Below are positions 60,331-64,000 of a DNA stretch of 64,000 nucleotides, one piece after another. The DNA comes from Patescibacteria group bacterium (GTDB taxonomy: Bacteria; Patescibacteriota; JAHJAL01), in the NCBI GenBank assembly GCA_049322675.1, contig JBMORM010000009.1:16934-80933 (forward strand), read 5' to 3'. The notes beneath the pieces were generated by a model, which made no database searches, had not been told where the DNA came from, and was given only the letters and a program-made list of their open reading frames with translations. Every line of letters begins with the position of its first letter. Within the stretch, counting starts at the first letter, position 1. Made by a program: the position numbers and the translations under genes.

Positions 60331-61261
60331 CAATCTTGGTTCTTTAGAGAATAATAAACATCAATTTGCTTCGGAAGCAATAAGATATGATTTTTTAAAA
60401 AAGATTTTTTTAAAACAGGCAGATTTAACTTTGGAAAAAATCGATTTTAATAAGATTAAAGAAACTTATTCTGAATATTTAATAAAGAATAATTTAGATT
60501 TAAGGTTACTTAACAAGCTAATTCCAAAAGAATTAATTGGCTTTTCTAACGTAAATAGATCAGTGGCTGAATATTCTCCATTAACCAAAGAGATAAATTA
60601 TAATCTCTCATATCCTTTGATGGATTGGTTAGTAACAAATATTCATTGCAGTCATCTTGATAGAATTTTAAAACAGGATTTAATATCTTATACTTTTCAT
60701 GAGCAATCCCATGCACTTTCCGATAACGATGGTAAAATTGGATTTGAAAAAAGAATTGATGATAGTGGAGGTTTTAGAACATACAAAAAGAATTTTGAAT
60801 TGCTAAATGAAGGTATAACAAAAAAAGTAGAAAAAGAATTACTGGATTTATACAATAAAAAAAATCAGCTGGAGGTCAATAATAAGTCTAGTCTTTTTAG
60901 AAAAATTTATAATCTAATTCTTGATGGTTATTCAACATCAAGTTTTTTAACTGATACAATTATTTCTCGAATAAGCAAACAATGCGATCTCGATCAAGAA
61001 ATAGTATGGAGAGTGATTCTAAAGGGATATTTTAACAGTATTGATTTGACTAAAAATAAATATCAAAAAGTATTTACTAATCTCTTACCGGAAAATTTTT
61101 TCCATGAATTTAAAGAAATGCAACCTTGGCCTTCGATACACCAAAAAGCCCAATTATTTGTCATGATGGGAAAAATCGCTACAAGAGCGTTGCCTTTAAG
61201 AGATAAAAAACTAATTCGAAGATGGTTTAAAATGGTGGACAATTTTGAGGAAAAAAATTGA
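60320..61261 (+). CDS. Putative zinc metallopeptidase (HExxH + NEG), paralog 1
   Basis: HEQSH, LLNEGIT, GY, ISKQCDLD..IVW. Confidence 0.7.
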   Translation: MKNSNLGSLENNKHQFASEAIRYDFLKKIFLKQADLTLEKIDFNKIKETYSEYLIKNNLDLRLLNKLIPKELIGFSNVNRSVAEYSPLTKEINYNLSYPLMDWLVTNIHCSHLDRILKQDLISYTFHEQSHALSDNDGKIGFEKRIDDSGGFRTYKKNFELLNEGITKKVEKELLDLYNKKNQLEVNNKSSLFRKIYNLILDGYSTSSFLTDTIISRISKQCDLDQEIVWRVILKGYFNSIDLTKNKYQKVFTNLLPENFFHEFKEMQPWPSIHQKAQLFVMMGKIATRALPLRDKKLIRRWFKMVDNFEEKN

Positions 61262-61341
61262 AATTAAAAAATAATCGGATCTAATTACAAAATTAATAAA
61301 AGCAATGTTAATAAGATTGGAAAAAATATAAAAACAAAAAA

Positions 61342-62368
61342 ATGAAAGAGAAAATAGGAGAAAATATTGGGGCTAGCCTTGATGAAATCTCTGATTTCCC
61401 TATCCCAAAAACAGCAAAGGATTTTTTTCAATTTGAATACTATCAAAAACTACTCAATCATGATTTGAAACAAATTCTGGATAGTAGTTTTTTCTAAGAT
61501 TAAATTTGATCAGTTGAAAGGCTTATTTGAGAAGTACCTATGCGAAGATGTCGGCATAGACAAAGACTATACAAAGAGAATCACAGGAAGATTCATCGAT
61601 AAGAAAAGATTTGAAAGTTCCAATTTGCAACATCTGCTGATGACTCCTCATCATGGAGCTTATTATAGTTTTCTTAATAAAAAAAATATACACCTCAATC
61701 CAATAGCGTTCTTCGAAAGAGGACTTATTGGGGATATAGCACGCGATCTTGGTAATGACAAATTAAAAAAACTGATAGATGATTCAATTTTACGAATTTT
61801 AATTCACGAAGAGACTCATGCTGTATCGCACGATATTTATCAAACTGAGGAACAACTCGGGAGGGAAAACACGCATTCTCTTGGATATAATATAATCACT
61901 ATTAATCGAAAGAAATTGGGAGTAGTTGAATTTTTATTTAGTAAATCGGAAAATATGTTGATAAATGAAGGGATTACGGATTTGATCGCTGACAAGATAG
62001 CCGACAAATACTATTTGAATAATAATATGGAAATTCCTCCAAGAGAAAATACAAATAAGCTTATTTATATGATAACTGGTCACGGTTATATTTCGACAAA
62101 AGAGATAATCAATGAATTAATTGATGAAATTTCAGACGAATGTCAGATTGATAAAAAAGTAATATGGGACAGATTGGTTAGGGATTATTTTGGTGGACTA
62201 GAAGGAAAAAAACAAATAATTGAAACTTTATTATCATGTTTTTCGCAGGATTTTTTGAAAAAATTTATAAAGATTAGCAATGAAAATAACTTGCGTAAAT
62301 TGATTAGAAATTATCTAATGAAGAATAAACCAATGGTTGAATGGAATGACGAGAAAAGAAAAAAATAG
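61342..62368 (+). pseudogene. Putative zinc metallopeptidase paralog 2, split by a +1 frameshift at T6 (61488-61493)
   Basis: ATG 61342 frame stops at TAA 61495-61497. Deleting one T gives LKQILDSSFSKIKFDQLKGLFEKYL, aligning with paralog 1 LKQADLTLEKIDFNKIKETYSEYL. Downstream HEETH and INEGITD. Confidence 0.7.
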
Positions 62369-62416
62369 GCAATTTTTTTCATTTAGAATTGGAGAATATA
62401 GGGTGATGTTACTTAT

Positions 62417-62445
62417 TTGCGTCTTTTTTGCGATTTTGGTATAAT
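62417..62445 (+). promoter_or_regulatory. Sigma70-type promoter of rpmE
   Basis: TTGCGT-N17-TATAAT with extended TG. Confidence 0.65.
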
Positions 62446-62471
62446 TCTTTTGTTATTAAATAATTTTTATC

Positions 62472-62888
62472 ATGAAAAAAGAAATACATCCAAAATATGC
62501 TAAGTCGGTGATAACCTGTGCATGCGGTAATGTGATTGAAACAAGATCTATTAAACCTGAAATGAGAATCGAAATATGTTCAAATTGCCATCCGGTATTT
62601 ACCGGAAAGCAAAAGTACGTTGACACTGAAGGTCGTCTTGAACGTTTTCAGGCAATGTTTTCTGCTAGTTTAGAAAAGGGGAAAACAAAAAAAGATAAGA
62701 AAGTAAGAGTGCGAAGAAAAAAAGTTAGTATGGATATAAAAAATATTATTGCCGATCAAGAAAAAAGAAAAAACGAGAGACAAGCTCTAAAGAAGAAAAA
62801 AGAGATTAAAAAGAATGAAGAAGAGGCGAAAAGTGTTAAAGTTGTAAAGAAGGCCGCGAAGGCAAAAGAAAAAAAGAAGGATTTGTAA
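62472..62888 (+). CDS. rpmE: 50S ribosomal protein bL31 (Zn-binding type) with Lys-rich C-terminal extension
   Basis: [25 protein letters not shown], then about 70 extra basic residues. Confidence 0.95.
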   Translation: MKKEIHPKYAKSVITCACGNVIETRSIKPEMRIEICSNCHPVFTGKQKYVDTEGRLERFQAMFSASLEKGKTKKDKKVRVRRKKVSMDIKNIIADQEKRKNERQALKKKKEIKKNEEEAKSVKVVKKAAKAKEKKKDL

Positions 62889-62895
62889 CTACAGA

Positions 62896-62960
62896 AAACA
62901 AGAGTTGCTCAAAGGTAACTCTTGTTTATTAATTAAGACGAGAGCATTCTTGTCTTTTTT
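62896..62960 (+). terminator. Two tandem hairpins between rpmE and prfA
   Basis: AAACAAGAGTTGC...GTAACTCTTGTTT and AAGACGAGA-gcat-TCTTGTCTT-TTTT. Confidence 0.6.
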
Positions 62961-62979
62961 ATTTGATTATTTAATAAAT

Positions 62980-64000
62980 ATGCTACCATATTGGGAAAAT
63001 ATAAAAAAAGAATTGTCGGAAATTGAGAAGAAATTATTGAAGCCTGAGGTAATTTCAAATCCCAAGCTCTTACAAGAACTTTCGGTGGAAAGATCCAGAT
63101 TGAAAGAAATGGCTGATGATATTGACAATTTGGAAAATATTGAAAAAGAAATTTTGGGAAGCAACTATTTAATTGATACCGAGCAAGATGGGGAATTGAA
63201 GGAAATGGCACAAATGGAGTTGGAATCCCTGAAACAAAAAAAGAGCGAGTTGGAGAATAAGTTAAAAATATGTTTGATACCGCCTGACTTGAGAGATAAA
63301 AAAAATGTGATCGTGGAGATAAGAGCTGGCGCAGGTGGAGATGAAGCTGGTATATTTGCGGCAAACCTGATGCGAATGTACATGAGATATGCCGAAGAAA
63401 ATGGATGGAAATCGAAAATAATTTCTACAAATAGTACAGGAGTTGGTGGTTTGAAAGAAGCTATTTTTTTGTTGGAAGGCCAAAATGTTTTTAAAAAGAT
63501 GAAATACGAAAGTGGGGTGCATAGAGTACAGAGAGTACCCGTTACAGAAAAATCGGGTCGTATTCATACCTCCACGGCGACAGTGGCAGTATTACCAGAA
63601 GCCGAAGAAATCGACATTGAAATAAAACCGGAGGAAGTCAGAGTAGATGTATATCGGGCTTCAGGACATGGTGGACAAGGAGTTAATACAACTGATTCAG
63701 CGGTGCGAATAACCCACTTGCCGTCGGGAATTGTTGTAACTTGTCAGGATGAAAGATCACAGTTGCAAAATAAGGCCAAGGCTATGATGGTCTTACGAGC
63801 AAAATTGCTGGAGGCTGAAGAAGAAAAATCAAGAAAAGAAAGGGGCGACGCGCGAAAATCACAGGTAGGCACAGGAGATAGAAGTGAAAAAATTCGGACT
63901 TACAATTATCCACAAGATCGAATTACAGACCATAGAATTAAAGAGTCATGGGGAAATATTGCGTCGATATTAGAAGGTAACCTTGAACCAATTTTCAACA
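62980..64000 (+). CDS. prfA: Peptide chain release factor 1 (3' end outside the window)
   Basis: Translated by hand from ATG 62980: [25 protein letters not shown] (PxT = RF1), [17 protein letters not shown]. Confidence 0.96.
   Translation, partial: MLPYWENIKKELSEIEKKLLKPEVISNPKLLQELSVERSRLKEMADDIDNLENIEKEILGSNYLIDTEQDGELKEMAQMELESLKQKKSELENKLKICLIPPDLRDKKNVIVEIRAGAGGDEAGIFAANLMRMYMRYAEENGWKSKIISTNSTGVGGLKEAIFLLEGQNVFKKMKYESGVHRVQRVPVTEKSGRIHTSTATVAVLPEAEEIDIEIKPEEVRVDVYRASGHGGQGVNTTDSAVRITHLPSGIVVTCQDERSQLQNKAKAMMVLRAKLLEAEEEKSRKERGDARKSQVGTGDRSEKIRTYNYPQDRITDHRIKESWGNIASILEGNLEPIFN

Noticed and set aside
62933-63567. Minus-strand ORFs near the window end
   Set aside because: Antisense shadows of prfA.

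Overview
AT-rich bacterial chromosomal window, genetic code 11, most genes on the minus strand. The gene content and divergent 16S point to a Patescibacteria (CPR) organism (inference). It holds housekeeping genes (hisS, proS, rel, clpC, nusA, nusG, secE, obg, cca, mreB, murA, rseP, frr, tsf, rpsB, rpsU, rplK/A/J/L/U, rpmE, partial prfA), surface genes (partial S-layer-like protein, glycosyltransferases, LysM/M23, CapA), a stand-alone 16S rRNA, tRNA-Ala and tRNA-Ile, and r-protein leader RNAs. The main find is a five-gene operon inserted between rplA and rplJ (tmk, thyA-like, folA, dcd-like, dCMP deaminase-like; 41102-44506). Its ThyA homolog has Asp at the E. coli Asn177 position and Pro at His147, changes at the two positions known to switch thymidylate synthase toward dCMP methylation. 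Its Dcd homolog lacks the catalytic Glu and has a dUTPase-like motif. Together these suggest a uracil-free route to thymidylate: dCTP -> dCMP -> 5-methyl-dCMP -> dTMP. This is a hypothesis from by-eye alignment; no searches or folding programs were run.
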